From NCBI GenBank assembly GCA_017550645.1, contig JAFZOI010000017.1:1073-65072 (forward strand): a stretch of DNA of 64,000 nucleotides. The letters run 5' to 3'. Position numbers and translations under genes: made by a program. Of this stretch, positions 37,096 through 47,966 are shown piece after piece; within the stretch, counting starts at the first letter, position 1; each line of letters starts with the position of its first letter. The stretch comes from Oscillospiraceae bacterium (GTDB taxonomy: Bacteria; Bacillota; Clostridia; Oscillospirales; Oscillospiraceae). Under the pieces are notes generated by a model. It was given only the letters and a program-made list of their open reading frames with translations, searched no databases and was not told the DNA's origin.

Positions 37096-39633
37096 TCAGG
37101 GCAGGACCGGGGTCCAGTACTCGTTGTTGTAGATATCCGTGAAGACGTACATCGCGGAGGCGTACTGCGCGTCGGGGATATACACGTCGTTGACGGTGTA
37201 GGTCCCGTCGTAGACCCACTGATCGCCGAGCATATAGGTGTCGGAATACTCGCCGGCGTAGGTGTAGTAGTCGCAGAGGAAGTCTATCCTGTCGCCGATC
37301 TTGAGAGGCACTTCCTTGGCGACGGCTTCGGTCTCACCGGAGGTGTAGGCCATGCGGGCGCCCGCTATCTTGCCGATACCGTTCGGATTGGCGTCGTCAT
37401 AGAGTATCACGACGATGAGCTCGGCCCTCGCGCCGTTGAGATAGACGGGCACGCGGCCGGTGATCGCCATGCCGCCGTCATAGACGGTCGTGTCCATGTG
37501 GTAGTACGCGACGGGTTGGTTGTTGATGGCGAGCCAAGTCCCGTCGTACTCGCCGACGAGGTCGCCGTTGGCGTCGAAGCTGAACTTGTTGTCGAGGCCG
37601 AGGTCGATGTAGCCCTCGCCGTCGTCATAGAAGACGTTCAGCTCGAGGCCGTTGACATAGGACCACTGCTCCTCGGTCAGGTGCATCGTATAGCCGTTGC
37701 CGTTCGAGGACCAGATGAGCGCGGTGGGATCGAAGCGGTTATCGCTCAGGTATTCGACGGCGCTGTCGGCGTCAAGCCCCCTGCCGAAGAGGGAATCGAG
37801 CCCGGTGGTGCCGCCGAGCATGCTGCCGAGGCCGGAGGTATCTCCGCCGAAGAGGCTGCCGAGCAGGCTGTTGACCATGTCGTCGCCCATGAGGCTGCCG
37901 CCGGATGAGGCGCCGAACAGGGACGAGTACGCGGAGGTGCCGCTCGAGATGGTCTGGCCGCCGGCCTCCATGCTCGCGAACTGCTGGATGCAGCGGGAAT
38001 ACTCGCTGTCAAGTCCGAGCGCTTCATAGGCCGCGACGGCGCTGTTGACCTTGGATATCTTCTGATACGGGAAGTAGACGGACACGCCGTAGGCGTTGGT
38101 CACGCTGGAGGCAGTCCTGTTGTACTTGACCGCGCCGAGGAGGGTGTTGGCGAGTTCGCGGCCCTCAGCCGTTCCGATGCGGTTGGCGAGGTCGACGAGG
38201 TCGACCTGATCGGACTTGCTGGACTCGGCGAAGGAGCGCGCGCTGCTGCGGGCGTCGGAGACGGTCTTATACCCGTCGTTGTTCATGAGCTCGGAGGTGC
38301 TCTGCGCGAAGGCCTTGAAGTCGGCGGGGACGGTCTTTTCAAGCTCGGCCAGGTCGATGATGGAGAGCGTCGCCTTCTGGCCGGAGCATCTTCTGTCGCA
38401 CTGGGTGATGAAGTCGTCGATGATCTGCTTGCCTACCCTTACCGTCTCGGTCGAGGTGTTCTGCGAGATGGTCGTCAGCCAGTCGGTATAGTACCAGCCG
38501 ATGCCGGGCTCCGTCTCCTCGGAGGCGATGAGGTAGTCCGCGTAGGGCGCCATGGTGAGAGCCGTCTCGAGCGTTCCCATGAGGCAGGCGTCATATCCGA
38601 TGAAGTCGAATTTCACGCCGCCGCTCTGGAGCGCGCTGCTCAGGCGCTGGAGGTTCATGGAGCCCGACTTCGTGTTCTTTTCGTCATAGCCGTAGCCCGT
38701 GATGGAGCCGCCGCCGTGATCCCAGAGGATGAGCTCATTTCTGTTTGCCTGGAAGTTCGTCGCGCAGAACTGGATGAAGCTCGTCAGCGTGGAGGGGTCT
38801 GTCATGGCGCCGGTGCCCGCGTTGTCGACGAGCTTGCGAACGCCGCCGGACTCGATCTTGTAGATCTGGTTGACGGTGCTGCTCACGATGCTGTTCTGCC
38901 ACTTCTTACAGCCGCCCGTATAGACGATGACGTTGACCTTGTCGCTTATCCTGGCGTTGCACATCTCCTGGATGTCGTAGGAGCCCATGCCGCCGCCGCT
39001 CTCAAGGTCGGAGCCGCACATATAGACCATGACGGTGACGGTATCCTGACCGCCGCCGAGTATCCTCGTATATTTCGCTCTGGCGGAAGGATCGACGCTC
39101 GTATCGAGGCTCGAGATGTTCTGCGTTGAAGTCCAGCCGGAGGAATAGCCGCTCGCGGAGGACGTCAGGCCGCTGCTCGACGAGGTCATGCCGCCGAGGA
39201 GGCTGCTGAGGTCGAGCCCGCCGTAGGACGAGCTGGACTGGGTCGCCTGCGTGGTCTGCTGCAGCATTTCGGTCTGCTGCAGTCCGGAGAGCAGCGAGGT
39301 GAGATCGCCGCCGGTGCCGGTCACGTCGGTCGTCGTTCCGGAGCCGCAAAGCTTCGGCCTGAGGAAAAGGAACGCGACTACGATGATGATAATGATAAGG
39401 ATGGGGCTCATCTTCCCGGCCGAGCGGGCGCGGGTCACGTTGACGTTCGTGTTATTCTGTGTCGCGCCGGTCTGAGGCGGGGTATAGCCCGGTCTTCTCC
39501 CGGCGTAGCCGCCCTGCTGCCCGACGGGGCCGGTGCCCTGCCCGGAGCCGCGTCTGCCGATGGAATTGCCGGTGCCCGTCGCGTTGCTGGGGCGCCCCTG
39601 CGGTCTGTTCTGCGGTCTGTTGTTCTGATTCAT
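37096..39633 (-). CDS. clostripain-family (C11) cysteine peptidase, membrane-anchored
   Basis: 845 aa. Gly/Gln/Pro-rich N-terminus, one TM (ILIIIIIVVAFLF), Ser/Thr-rich linker, then a C11 core with LILWDHGGG (His) and FIGYDACLMG (Cys). Confidence 0.82.
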   Translation of the reverse strand: MNQNNRPQNRPQGRPSNATGTGNSIGRRGSGQGTGPVGQQGGYAGRRPGYTPPQTGATQNNTNVNVTRARSAGKMSPILIIIIIVVAFLFLRPKLCGSGTTTDVTGTGGDLTSLLSGLQQTEMLQQTTQATQSSSSYGGLDLSSLLGGMTSSSSGLTSSASGYSSGWTSTQNISSLDTSVDPSARAKYTRILGGGQDTVTVMVYMCGSDLESGGGMGSYDIQEMCNARISDKVNVIVYTGGCKKWQNSIVSSTVNQIYKIESGGVRKLVDNAGTGAMTDPSTLTSFIQFCATNFQANRNELILWDHGGGSITGYGYDEKNTKSGSMNLQRLSSALQSGGVKFDFIGYDACLMGTLETALTMAPYADYLIASEETEPGIGWYYTDWLTTISQNTSTETVRVGKQIIDDFITQCDRRCSGQKATLSIIDLAELEKTVPADFKAFAQSTSELMNNDGYKTVSDARSSARSFAESSKSDQVDLVDLANRIGTAEGRELANTLLGAVKYNRTASSVTNAYGVSVYFPYQKISKVNSAVAAYEALGLDSEYSRCIQQFASMEAGGQTISSGTSAYSSLFGASSGGSLMGDDMVNSLLGSLFGGDTSGLGSMLGGTTGLDSLFGRGLDADSAVEYLSDNRFDPTALIWSSNGNGYTMHLTEEQWSYVNGLELNVFYDDGEGYIDLGLDNKFSFDANGDLVGEYDGTWLAINNQPVAYYHMDTTVYDGGMAITGRVPVYLNGARAELIVVILYDDANPNGIGKIAGARMAYTSGETEAVAKEVPLKIGDRIDFLCDYYTYAGEYSDTYMLGDQWVYDGTYTVNDVYIPDAQYASAMYVFTDIYNNEYWTPVLP

Positions 39634-39654
39634 ATTTACCTCCCGTCCGCGCTC

Positions 39655-41067
39655 TCAAGCGCCAATAGGATCTGTGTTTTCCGCGGAATTCTCTTCCGCG
39701 AGCCTCTGAAGGTATTTCTTCTCGTTTTTCTCGTACGCCCGTTTTCGAAGCGAGAAGTAGCAGATGAGCTGCGCCGCTATCGTCAGCACCCACGAGATCG
39801 GGTAAGACGCATAGAGCACCGCGAGCGTCTTATGCGCGGCAAAATACGTGAATATGTATATCACCCTGAAGCCGCATATGCCCATCAGGGTTATAGCGGT
39901 CGGCAAGATACTGTACCCCAGACCTCGCATTACGCCCGTCATCATATGCTGCATGCCGTTTGTGAAGTATACCGTCCCGAGGATGATGATGCGCGTGCAG
40001 CCCGCCTCTATGGCCGCCTCCTCGGAGGTGTAGATGCCCACGAGCTGCTTGCGGAACAGTACCGTCAGAAGTCCCAGCACCGTCGCCACGATGAACTCCA
40101 TCGAGAGACACAGTCGGACGGCCTTCCTCGTTCGCTGGTATTCGCGCGCGCCCATGTTCTGGCTGACGGAGGCGACAGCCGACTGATTCATCGCGTCCAT
40201 CGAGACGAAGAGGAAGGCCTCTATGTTCGCCGCGGCGGCGTTGCCCGCCATGGTCATGTCGCCGAAGTAGTTTATCGAGGACTGGATGAGTACGTTAGAG
40301 ATGGAAAACAGCGAGCCCTGAATGCCCGCGGGCAGGCCGATGCGGATGATTTCCTTGAACGCCGTCCACGAGAAGCGGAAGGGCTTGAGGACGAGCCTGC
40401 ACATCGTCTTGGATCTGATGAGGCAGCGGAGGGTCAGCGCGCAGGAGACGCACTGGCTCGCGACGGTCGCTATCGCGACGCCCGCGACGCCCATGTGGAA
40501 GACGATGACGAAGATGAGGTTCAGCCCGACGTTCAGCACGCCGGCTATCGACAGAAACACGAGCGGCCTTCTCGAATCGCCCACGGCGCGCAGAGCCGCG
40601 CTCGAGAAGTTGTAGGTGATCATGATGGGCAGGCCGCAGAAATAGATGCGAAGATACAGCTTCGCGAGCGGAAGGACTGTCTCGGGCGTCCCCATGGCCT
40701 TGAGGAGCAAGCCGGAGAAGATGATTCCCGCGGCGCCGAAGATGACGCCGCCTATGATGGCGACTATGACCGTCGTCTGCACGGCGTCGAGCAGGCGCTT
40801 TTCGTCCTTCGCGCCGAAATAGCGCGATACGAGGATGCTCGTGCCGGTGCCGAGGCCCATGAGGACGTTCAGAATGAGGGCGACGAGCGAGCCGTTCGAG
40901 CCGACGGCGGCAAGCGAGAGCTCGCCGGCGAAGCGCCCGACGACGATGAGGTCGGCCGCGTTGAAGGCCAGCTGTAAAAGCCCTGAAAGCAGCAGCGGGA
41001 TGGCGAATGAGATAAGCTTTCCGAAAAGCTTGCCCTGACTCATATCTATTTCATAGTTTTTCTTCAT
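39655..41067 (-). CDS. MATE family efflux transporter
   Basis: Start at MKKNYEIDMSQGKLFGKLISFAIPLLLSGLLQ (ATG 41067). 12 TM with typical MATE N-terminal motifs. Confidence 0.9.
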   Translation of the reverse strand: MKKNYEIDMSQGKLFGKLISFAIPLLLSGLLQLAFNAADLIVVGRFAGELSLAAVGSNGSLVALILNVLMGLGTGTSILVSRYFGAKDEKRLLDAVQTTVIVAIIGGVIFGAAGIIFSGLLLKAMGTPETVLPLAKLYLRIYFCGLPIMITYNFSSAALRAVGDSRRPLVFLSIAGVLNVGLNLIFVIVFHMGVAGVAIATVASQCVSCALTLRCLIRSKTMCRLVLKPFRFSWTAFKEIIRIGLPAGIQGSLFSISNVLIQSSINYFGDMTMAGNAAAANIEAFLFVSMDAMNQSAVASVSQNMGAREYQRTRKAVRLCLSMEFIVATVLGLLTVLFRKQLVGIYTSEEAAIEAGCTRIIILGTVYFTNGMQHMMTGVMRGLGYSILPTAITLMGICGFRVIYIFTYFAAHKTLAVLYASYPISWVLTIAAQLICYFSLRKRAYEKNEKKYLQRLAEENSAENTDPIGA

Positions 41068-41264
41068 AATCAAATTAACTCCCTGAAGCGCGGCGGGCGT
41101 TGCATGCTCGAAGCGCACTTATATCCCAATATAATAAATTAGTATAACTCCGTTTTTTCAAAAAGTAAATCACTTAATCAGCCGATTTCAAAATCTTTCT
41201 TCGTATTGCGAAACATGACGTTTTTTGATAGAATTTATCAAAAGAGATCTGACGGAGGAACGGC

Positions 41265-42143
41265 ATGTACGAGCTCATTCAGGCCGGCGAACGCAGCTGG
41301 TATATAGACAGCCCGGCTAAGATAGGTATAGTCGACGCAGGAAACGGCGAAGTCTGCTTGATAGATACGGGAAACGACGGCGACGCGGCGAAAAAAGCCC
41401 TGCGCATCCTGAACGAACGCGGGTGGAAGCTGCGCGCCGTCTTCAATACCCACGCGCACGTCGACCACATCGGCGGGAATAACTATCTGCAGTCGCACAC
41501 GGACTGCCCGATCTACGCGCCGCCGCTCGAGCGCTTTTTCGCCGAGCAGCCGGGTATAGGCGTTTCGATACTCTTCGGAGCGACCGTCCCGAAGGAGCTG
41601 CACAACAAGTTCTTCATCGCCAAAGGCAGCCGCGTCCTCCCCTTCTCGCCGGAGGTCTTCCCCGAGGGGCTCGAGCCGATACCCCTCCCAGGGCACAGCC
41701 ACGACATGTACGGCTTCCGGGCCCCGGACGGCGTCGTCTTCCTCGCGGACTCGCTCGTCAGCGCGGCGACGCTGGAAAAGTATCAGGTCAGCTTCGTTTT
41801 CAATGTCGGAGTCTATCTCGAGACGCTCGAAAAGGTCAAGACCATGAGCGCGCCGCTCTTCGTCCCTTCGCATGCCGAGGCGACGGAGGACATCGTCCCG
41901 CTCGCGCAGAAAAACATAGATAAAGCTCTTGAAATAGCGGACTTCATAGTCGGCTTCTGCCGGGAGCCCGCCGATCACGAGCAAGTGCTCAAGGCTCTGT
42001 TCGACAGGTATTCCCTGCGGATGAGCCTGCAGCAGTACGTGCTCGTCGGGTGCACGGCGCGCTCTTATATGAGCTGGCTGCGCGACACCGGCAGAGTTGA
42101 GATCATATGTGAAAAAGACCGGCTGTTATGGCGTTCGGTCTGA
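41265..42143 (+). CDS. MBL-fold metallo-hydrolase
   Basis: 292 aa. HxHxDH motif (NTHAHVDHIGG). Confidence 0.85.
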   Translation: MYELIQAGERSWYIDSPAKIGIVDAGNGEVCLIDTGNDGDAAKKALRILNERGWKLRAVFNTHAHVDHIGGNNYLQSHTDCPIYAPPLERFFAEQPGIGVSILFGATVPKELHNKFFIAKGSRVLPFSPEVFPEGLEPIPLPGHSHDMYGFRAPDGVVFLADSLVSAATLEKYQVSFVFNVGVYLETLEKVKTMSAPLFVPSHAEATEDIVPLAQKNIDKALEIADFIVGFCREPADHEQVLKALFDRYSLRMSLQQYVLVGCTARSYMSWLRDTGRVEIICEKDRLLWRSV

Positions 42144-42171
42144 TATAAAGAGAAAAACGGAGGTCTTCCCA

Positions 42172-45100
42172 ATGAAATCACGCGCGCTTGCATTCTTCAT
42201 CGTCTTTTGTATGCTGCTGACACTCTTTCCGGCCGTCGCTTCGGCGGACGGCGCAACGCTGGCCTACGCCGCGCCGATATATGTGTCGGAAACGGATGTG
42301 AACGGAGAGCCGACCGGATTCGCTTTCGATCCCGCCGAAGCGATAATTGAGGATCCGATCGCGATCTACGTGTCCGGAGCGAGCACGTACGTTCTGGCGG
42401 AGGATCTCCGCGATACCTTTCTCTTCGTCAGCGGTTCGAGCGTAGTCCTCGAAGACGTCGGTCGGGTATACGGCGACGCTCTCTTCGTCTGCGGAGGCGG
42501 CAGGATTGATTCCAACGGCCTCGTCATTGAAAGCGGATCGGAAGCCGCTCCGGAAAATGCTTCGGCAAACGAGCTCGTCGCATATGCGCGCGGGCTTTCC
42601 GAAAACGAGCCTCTTTTCCTCAGCGGGGATATAAACGAGATATTTACCGTCAATAAAGCTCTCATAAAGTCGGGGACTTCCGTCGTCATCAAGTCCGCGC
42701 CCGAGGGCAGCGATCCCAACGGGCTCAACATCACGGCGTCTCTCAAGCTCGAGGGCAACGCCGGCCTTACGGCCGAGGCCGGTCAGATACTCGAGATACG
42801 CAAAGGAGCGTCTGTCAAGGGGCTCACGCTCTATGACTGCGACGGCGTGACCGAGTTCAGCGATTTTTCAAACACCGAGACGTTCAATTACGACTCCGCG
42901 AGCGGCAAATGGATACGCTGCTCTGACGGCACCGATCCAGGTACCGAACCGGGAGGCGAACCCGAATTCGATCTCGCCAAAGCGAAAAGCGATATCGAAG
43001 GCCGCGATTTTGCTTACTGCGGCTCGGCCGAGGAGATAAAGGCCTATATGGCGCAGGAGCTTTGGGCGGAGTTTTTCGGTGTGCTCTACCGCTGGAACGG
43101 CGAGCGGTTCGAGGCCGCACATACGGGCGAATTCAGCGGGATGTTCGGCGAGACGAAGGCTCCCTCCGAGTATTCGGGCGACGACCTCGTCTGCGTCGTC
43201 TCCGACGCGTTTATGCGGGCGTTCTCCTTAAGCGAGCAGAAGCCTGCGGGCGAGGGCGATATACTCGATCTCCCCTATTACGAATACAGCATCGCGCTGC
43301 CCGACGGCAAGACCGCCGCGGAGGGCAAGGTCTTCATACTCGAAAAGGCGACGCAGTTCGTCGTCCGCATCGGCGGGTCATATGTGATCGCCGATTCGGA
43401 TGGTCTTGCCGAGGGCGATGATCTCGTTTTGCAGGCTGAGCCCGAAAACGGCGCTTTTGACGCGGACGTATTCGGCAACGGCGTATGCATAGCAGGCGGG
43501 CTCGACGCAGGAAGCGAGAGCATTTGGGCGGGGCACGTCACGCAGGAGCGCTCCGGGCTCGACATCGGCCCCATCAATTGCCGTCTCGTCATCGTTCCGG
43601 TCGGCTCGGCCTGCGTAAGGATAGACGGAGAAACGTGGGCGGCGCCGTGGGGCTTCGGGAACGTTTCCCTCTTCCCCGTCGGCACGAAGGACGCGCCCGC
43701 CCGCGCTGTCGTTTATTACGGCAACAGCGGCGCGGAGGGCCGCCGCCTGAGGCTTTATAAGAGCGCATTCGACGGAGATCCCGATCCCGTGGCGCATGTC
43801 GAGATCGACGTATCGAGGCTCTCTGCCTCGGCCGCGACCGTATACGAGACAGCCTACGGATACTTCTATTTTGATTTTCATACAGACTTCGGCGTTATCC
43901 CGCTCATAGTCACCTTCTCTGACGGGAGCAAGGGCTACATAGACCTTGAGCGCACGGGGCTCGATATAGCCGAATATGCCGTCGAGGGCGGCAAATACCG
44001 CGTCCGTCACGGGATCGACTCCACGGAATACGCCTCAGAGGCCGAGCGCGTCGTCACGGGCTCGTTCTACTACGCTACGGGCAGCGACACGCCCGACGAG
44101 AGCGTCAAGCTTCTCGTGACTGTCGAGACCGCTTCCGGCACCGAGACGCGCGAGATCGCCCGCATGAACGGCGATTATATCGAGACCGAGGGCGCAGACA
44201 AATGGTGCGACGATTTCCTGCTCTGGAGCGGGCGCGAGACCGAGTGGGCCGACGTTATCTCAGTCACGGCCGAAGTAGTCCCGGCGGGCGGGAACGAAGC
44301 GGCCGAGATAACGCTGACCGCAGAGGCGACGGCCTCCTCCGTCACGTTCAGCGGCGAGGCCGACTGCGTCGCGGTCACGGTACAGCTTCTAAACGGAGAA
44401 AACATACTCGCCTCCGACAACTTCACCGTACTTGACGGAGCGTTTTCGGGGAAGTTCGACGGTCTCTCTCTTCAGACGGGCAAGACCTACTCCGTCCGCG
44501 CCGCGAGCGTCGACGGAGGCGAATGGGTCACGGTCGAGGTAAAGGTCCCCTCCGCGCCTAACCCGTCCTCTCCTTCTTCCCCGCCCTCCGGCGGCGGTTC
44601 GTCGGCTGCAAAGAAATATACGCTCACGTTCGACACTAACGGCGGCAGCGAGATCGAGCCTGTCACGGAAAAGGCCGGAACGGTCGTCGATCTCTCGCTC
44701 TATATCCCGACCAAGGCCGGGTATACGTTCGTCTGCTGGTGCGGCTCTCCCACGCTCGGCGACGCGCTCACGGAGGTCACGCTCTCGCAGGACATTACCG
44801 TCTTCGCGAAGTGGCGCATAGCCTGCGCGCACGGCAGCGGCTGCCCGCTCTCAGCTTTCAGCGATCTCGACCCGAACGCGTGGTACCACGAGGGGATCCA
44901 CTTCTGCCTCATGCGCGGGATAATGAACGGCATAGGCGGCGGTCTTTTCGATCCGGCGGGCACGGCGACGCGCGCGCAGATCGTGACGATGCTCTACCGC
45001 CTCGAGGGCGAACCGGCCGTTTCCGGCGGCAATCCCTTCTCCGACGTCCCGGAGGGCAGCTTCTACTATAAGTCGACCGCGTGGGCGAACGCCGAGGGCA

Positions 45101-45405
45101 TAGTCCTCGGCTACGGCGACGGCGTCTTCGCCCCGGACGACCTCATAACGCGTGAGCAGGCGGCGACCATCCTCTATCGCTACGCGAAATACAAGGGCGT
45201 CGACACCGACGCGATGAGCGCGAACACGAATACGCTCTCGTACACGGACGTCTTCACGATAAGCGATTTCGCGCGGCCCGCGATGCATTTTTGCATAGCG
45301 ATAGGCGTCATAAACGGCAATAACGGCTATCTGCGCCCGGCCGACACGGCGACGCGCGCGGAGCTGGCGGCCATGTTCCAGCGTTTCTGCGACGCCGTGG
45401 CTTAA
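42172..45405 (+). CDS. large SLH-domain cell-surface protein
   Basis: Start at MKSRALAFFIVFCMLL (signal peptide ...AVASADG). One Listeria-Bacteroides-type repeat (YTLTFDTNGGSEIEP...GYTFVCW) and three C-terminal SLH repeats (FSDLDPNAWYHEGIHF, FSDVPEGSFYYKSTAW, YTDVFTISDFARPAMHF). Confidence 0.85.
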   Translation: MKSRALAFFIVFCMLLTLFPAVASADGATLAYAAPIYVSETDVNGEPTGFAFDPAEAIIEDPIAIYVSGASTYVLAEDLRDTFLFVSGSSVVLEDVGRVYGDALFVCGGGRIDSNGLVIESGSEAAPENASANELVAYARGLSENEPLFLSGDINEIFTVNKALIKSGTSVVIKSAPEGSDPNGLNITASLKLEGNAGLTAEAGQILEIRKGASVKGLTLYDCDGVTEFSDFSNTETFNYDSASGKWIRCSDGTDPGTEPGGEPEFDLAKAKSDIEGRDFAYCGSAEEIKAYMAQELWAEFFGVLYRWNGERFEAAHTGEFSGMFGETKAPSEYSGDDLVCVVSDAFMRAFSLSEQKPAGEGDILDLPYYEYSIALPDGKTAAEGKVFILEKATQFVVRIGGSYVIADSDGLAEGDDLVLQAEPENGAFDADVFGNGVCIAGGLDAGSESIWAGHVTQERSGLDIGPINCRLVIVPVGSACVRIDGETWAAPWGFGNVSLFPVGTKDAPARAVVYYGNSGAEGRRLRLYKSAFDGDPDPVAHVEIDVSRLSASAATVYETAYGYFYFDFHTDFGVIPLIVTFSDGSKGYIDLERTGLDIAEYAVEGGKYRVRHGIDSTEYASEAERVVTGSFYYATGSDTPDESVKLLVTVETASGTETREIARMNGDYIETEGADKWCDDFLLWSGRETEWADVISVTAEVVPAGGNEAAEITLTAEATASSVTFSGEADCVAVTVQLLNGENILASDNFTVLDGAFSGKFDGLSLQTGKTYSVRAASVDGGEWVTVEVKVPSAPNPSSPSSPPSGGGSSAAKKYTLTFDTNGGSEIEPVTEKAGTVVDLSLYIPTKAGYTFVCWCGSPTLGDALTEVTLSQDITVFAKWRIACAHGSGCPLSAFSDLDPNAWYHEGIHFCLMRGIMNGIGGGLFDPAGTATRAQIVTMLYRLEGEPAVSGGNPFSDVPEGSFYYKSTAWANAEGIVLGYGDGVFAPDDLITREQAATILYRYAKYKGVDTDAMSANTNTLSYTDVFTISDFARPAMHFCIAIGVINGNNGYLRPADTATRAELAAMFQRFCDAVA

Positions 45406-45416
45406 GCGGCGCAAAT

Positions 45417-45449
45417 AAAGCCTCCCTTGAATAGTTCAAGGGAGGCTTT
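45417..45449. terminator. bidirectional terminator
   Basis: 15-bp stem aaagcctcccttgaa / ttcaagggaggcttt with a 3-nt loop. Confidence 0.8.
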
Positions 45450-45463
45450 ATTATTTTGTCCTA

Positions 45464-46213
45464 TCAGACGTCCGGGCAGATATAGCGGCGCTTTCCCGCG
45501 CTCTTTGTGCCGAATTCTATCGCTTCCTTCGGGCAGCGGCAGATGCAGGACATGCACTGCGTGCAGTTGCCGCCCCAGACGGGTCTCCCGTCCTTAAGGG
45601 TTATGTTCCCGAGCGGGCAGACCTCTTCGCAGAGGCCGCAGGAGACGCAGGCGTCGGTCGCGAAGAACTTGTCGTCCTTTATAGCGGAGGCGTAAAAGCC
45701 CTTATTTACGACGGCGCTGAGAAAGCCCGCGAGCGGGCTCTTTTTGACCGGCGGGAGATCGCGGCCCTCCTTGATGAGCGCGGCGGTCTCGTCTATGCCC
45801 GGAACGGCTTTTTCTATGATGCGCCGCGCTTCTTCGGCGTCGGGCGCGCCGAACATGGCTATGTAGTTTTCGGGCATGACTATACGGGCCATGCCTCGAA
45901 AGTTCATTCCCTTGCTCCGGCAGAGCTTTCGGGCGTATTTGTCTGCGTTTCCCGTGTCGCCGCCGCAGGTCAGGACGAAATACACGTCCCTGCTCCCGCG
46001 AAGCTCCGTCGAGGCGATGTGGTCGCGCACGACGCGCGGCATCTGCCACGCGTATATCGGCGCGCAGACTACCCAAGGGGTCTCGGACTCGAGCGGCGAG
46101 CAGTCGGCCTCTCTTAGGCGCTTTGCGAGAGAAACGGGCTCCTCTCCGACGATGCGTCCTATCCTACGCGCGGCGTATTCGCTGTTGCCCGTCCCTGAAA
46201 AAAACAATATCAT
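45464..46213 (-). CDS. EFR1-family ferredoxin (flavodoxin-like domain + 2x[4Fe-4S])
   Basis: 249 aa. ILFFSGTGNS flavodoxin-like start, then CVSCGLCEEVCP and CTQCMSCICRCP. Confidence 0.8.
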   Translation of the reverse strand: MILFFSGTGNSEYAARRIGRIVGEEPVSLAKRLREADCSPLESETPWVVCAPIYAWQMPRVVRDHIASTELRGSRDVYFVLTCGGDTGNADKYARKLCRSKGMNFRGMARIVMPENYIAMFGAPDAEEARRIIEKAVPGIDETAALIKEGRDLPPVKKSPLAGFLSAVVNKGFYASAIKDDKFFATDACVSCGLCEEVCPLGNITLKDGRPVWGGNCTQCMSCICRCPKEAIEFGTKSAGKRRYICPDV

Positions 46214-46274
46214 GCTTTACTTCCTTTCGTGCTCGTCCTGCATGCAAGCCGTAAATGGCGCGTATCGCTCCGCG

Positions 46275-47078
46275 TCATCTGAGAAATCGGCGGAAAATAA
46301 TGTCTATGACTCCCTCGGGCAATACGGATAGCAGGCCGACGCGGACGTCGTTTTTGATGCGGTAGACGCGGCGGGGCTTCTTCGCGCCGACGGCCTTCCC
46401 GACGAGCTTTGCAAGCCTCGACGGGTCGCCCGCGTTTTTCGTCGCGTTGATCATCATGGGCTTGAGCCTTTTATATATCCCGGAAAAATGCTCCGAAGTC
46501 CCGACGAGGCGGTCGAACGTCGGGCAGGTGCTCGACGTCATGGGCGTCGCGAAAGAGCCGGGGCGTATCGTGACGACCTTCATGCCGAGGTAGCCGAGTT
46601 CCCTTCTGAGGCTGTCGGAATAGGCCTCGACGGCCCGCTTGCTCGCAGTATACAGCCCGTTGAACGGCAGAGAGCAGAACCTGCCGTACTCGCTGGAGAT
46701 ATTTATGATGCGGCCCTTCGCCCGCTCCAGCAGCGGGAAAAACAGCGTATCGACTCTGTTCATGCCGCCGATGTTGACGCGCATTATCGCGTCCATGTGT
46801 TCCGGGTCATGCTCGACGAGCGCGCCGAAAAACATTATCCCGGCGGCGTTTACTATAGCGTCGAGCCGGTCGGTCCGCTCCGAGACGAGTCCGAGGGCCC
46901 GCTCAACGCTCCCGGAGTCCGTTATATCGCATTCAACGTGGACGTAGCTGTCGTTCTCGATCGGCGAAGCGCCGAGGTCGAGCCCGTAGACCGTGTCGCC
47001 GGAAGCGAGCAGCTCGCGGACTATGGCGCTGCCGAGGCCGCCGGACGCCCCCGTTACGAGTATCTTTCTGTTCATCAT
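46275..47078 (-). CDS. SDR family oxidoreductase
   Basis: 267 aa. TGASGGLG cofactor motif and YTASK catalytic motif. Confidence 0.88.
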   Translation of the reverse strand: MMNRKILVTGASGGLGSAIVRELLASGDTVYGLDLGASPIENDSYVHVECDITDSGSVERALGLVSERTDRLDAIVNAAGIMFFGALVEHDPEHMDAIMRVNIGGMNRVDTLFFPLLERAKGRIINISSEYGRFCSLPFNGLYTASKRAVEAYSDSLRRELGYLGMKVVTIRPGSFATPMTSSTCPTFDRLVGTSEHFSGIYKRLKPMMINATKNAGDPSRLAKLVGKAVGAKKPRRVYRIKNDVRVGLLSVLPEGVIDIIFRRFLR

Positions 47079-47119
47079 ATCGCCTCATGGCTATTTTACC
47101 GCATTTTTCCCGATCCGTC

Positions 47120-47159
47120 AAAAAAAGCTCTCCGGCGCTCGTTCGTCGCGCCGGAGAGC
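47120..47159 (-). terminator. rho-independent terminator after thioesterase gene
   Basis: 12-bp stem gctctccggcgc / gcgccggagagc, followed on the minus strand by ttttttt. Confidence 0.8.
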
Positions 47160-47173
47160 CGTTTATTCTCTTT

Positions 47174-47902
47174 TTATCTGCCCGCGGGGCGTATCGCCAT
47201 GAGGATGGCGGTCCTGTCGCCCACGGAGCCCTGAACGTATATCAGGCCGTCCGCCTCTTTCTTCCTGAACTCGATGATCTCGCCCTCGTAGCAGGAGCTC
47301 TTGAACTGGACTTCCACGGAAGCGGGATCGAGCTCGTTCCACTCCTTAGTCGTAAACAGGCTCTCGAAGGCGCGGACATAGGCGACGTTGTTCATATGTC
47401 CGCCGATGTCGATATCCGTTCCCTTTATCCTGTACTCGGCGAAAGGTATTCCGGGGAAATCCTCGACTATGCGCCTGAAGGGCTCTTCGATGGCCGTGTC
47501 CTCGCGAAGCGTGACGCAGTCGGGATATATCCCCTTGAGATTTACGAGCCTGCCCGTCTTTGTATTTATGACCGCCCACAGCGACTTGCCTTTTGCAAGG
47601 ATCCGGTCCCCGGAGGAGATGACATAGTCTCTCATCCCCCGCATGCCCTCGGGCTTTTCAGGCCACGTCGTCACGGTCACGGTCTCGGTCAGGCCGGGAC
47701 GTCTGTAAAAATCGATCCTGGTCTTGACCGTGATCCAGAACTGATCCCTGCGGCCCAGCGCCGTAAATCCGCCCTCCAGCGATTCGGCATGCTCCGTCGC
47801 GGCGTCCATGAACAGGTCGAAACAGTCGGATACTCCGAGCTTGCCCGTCGAGTCGCAGCGGCTTGCGAGGATCATCGTTTCCTTGGATAGAGTAGGTTCC
47901 AT
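47174..47902 (-). CDS. acyl-ACP thioesterase family protein
   Basis: 242 aa with a double hot-dog layout. Resembles FatA/B-type bacterial thioesterases (FDLFMDAATEHAESLG..., GGHMNNVAYV). Confidence 0.72.
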   Translation of the reverse strand: MEPTLSKETMILASRCDSTGKLGVSDCFDLFMDAATEHAESLEGGFTALGRRDQFWITVKTRIDFYRRPGLTETVTVTTWPEKPEGMRGMRDYVISSGDRILAKGKSLWAVINTKTGRLVNLKGIYPDCVTLREDTAIEEPFRRIVEDFPGIPFAEYRIKGTDIDIGGHMNNVAYVRAFESLFTTKEWNELDPASVEVQFKSSCYEGEIIEFRKKEADGLIYVQGSVGDRTAILMAIRPAGR

Positions 47903-47966
47903 TTTGCCCTCCAGATATTGCGTGAGTTTTTAGCGAAATCGCGTTTTATCGAATGTTGAGCGAGCG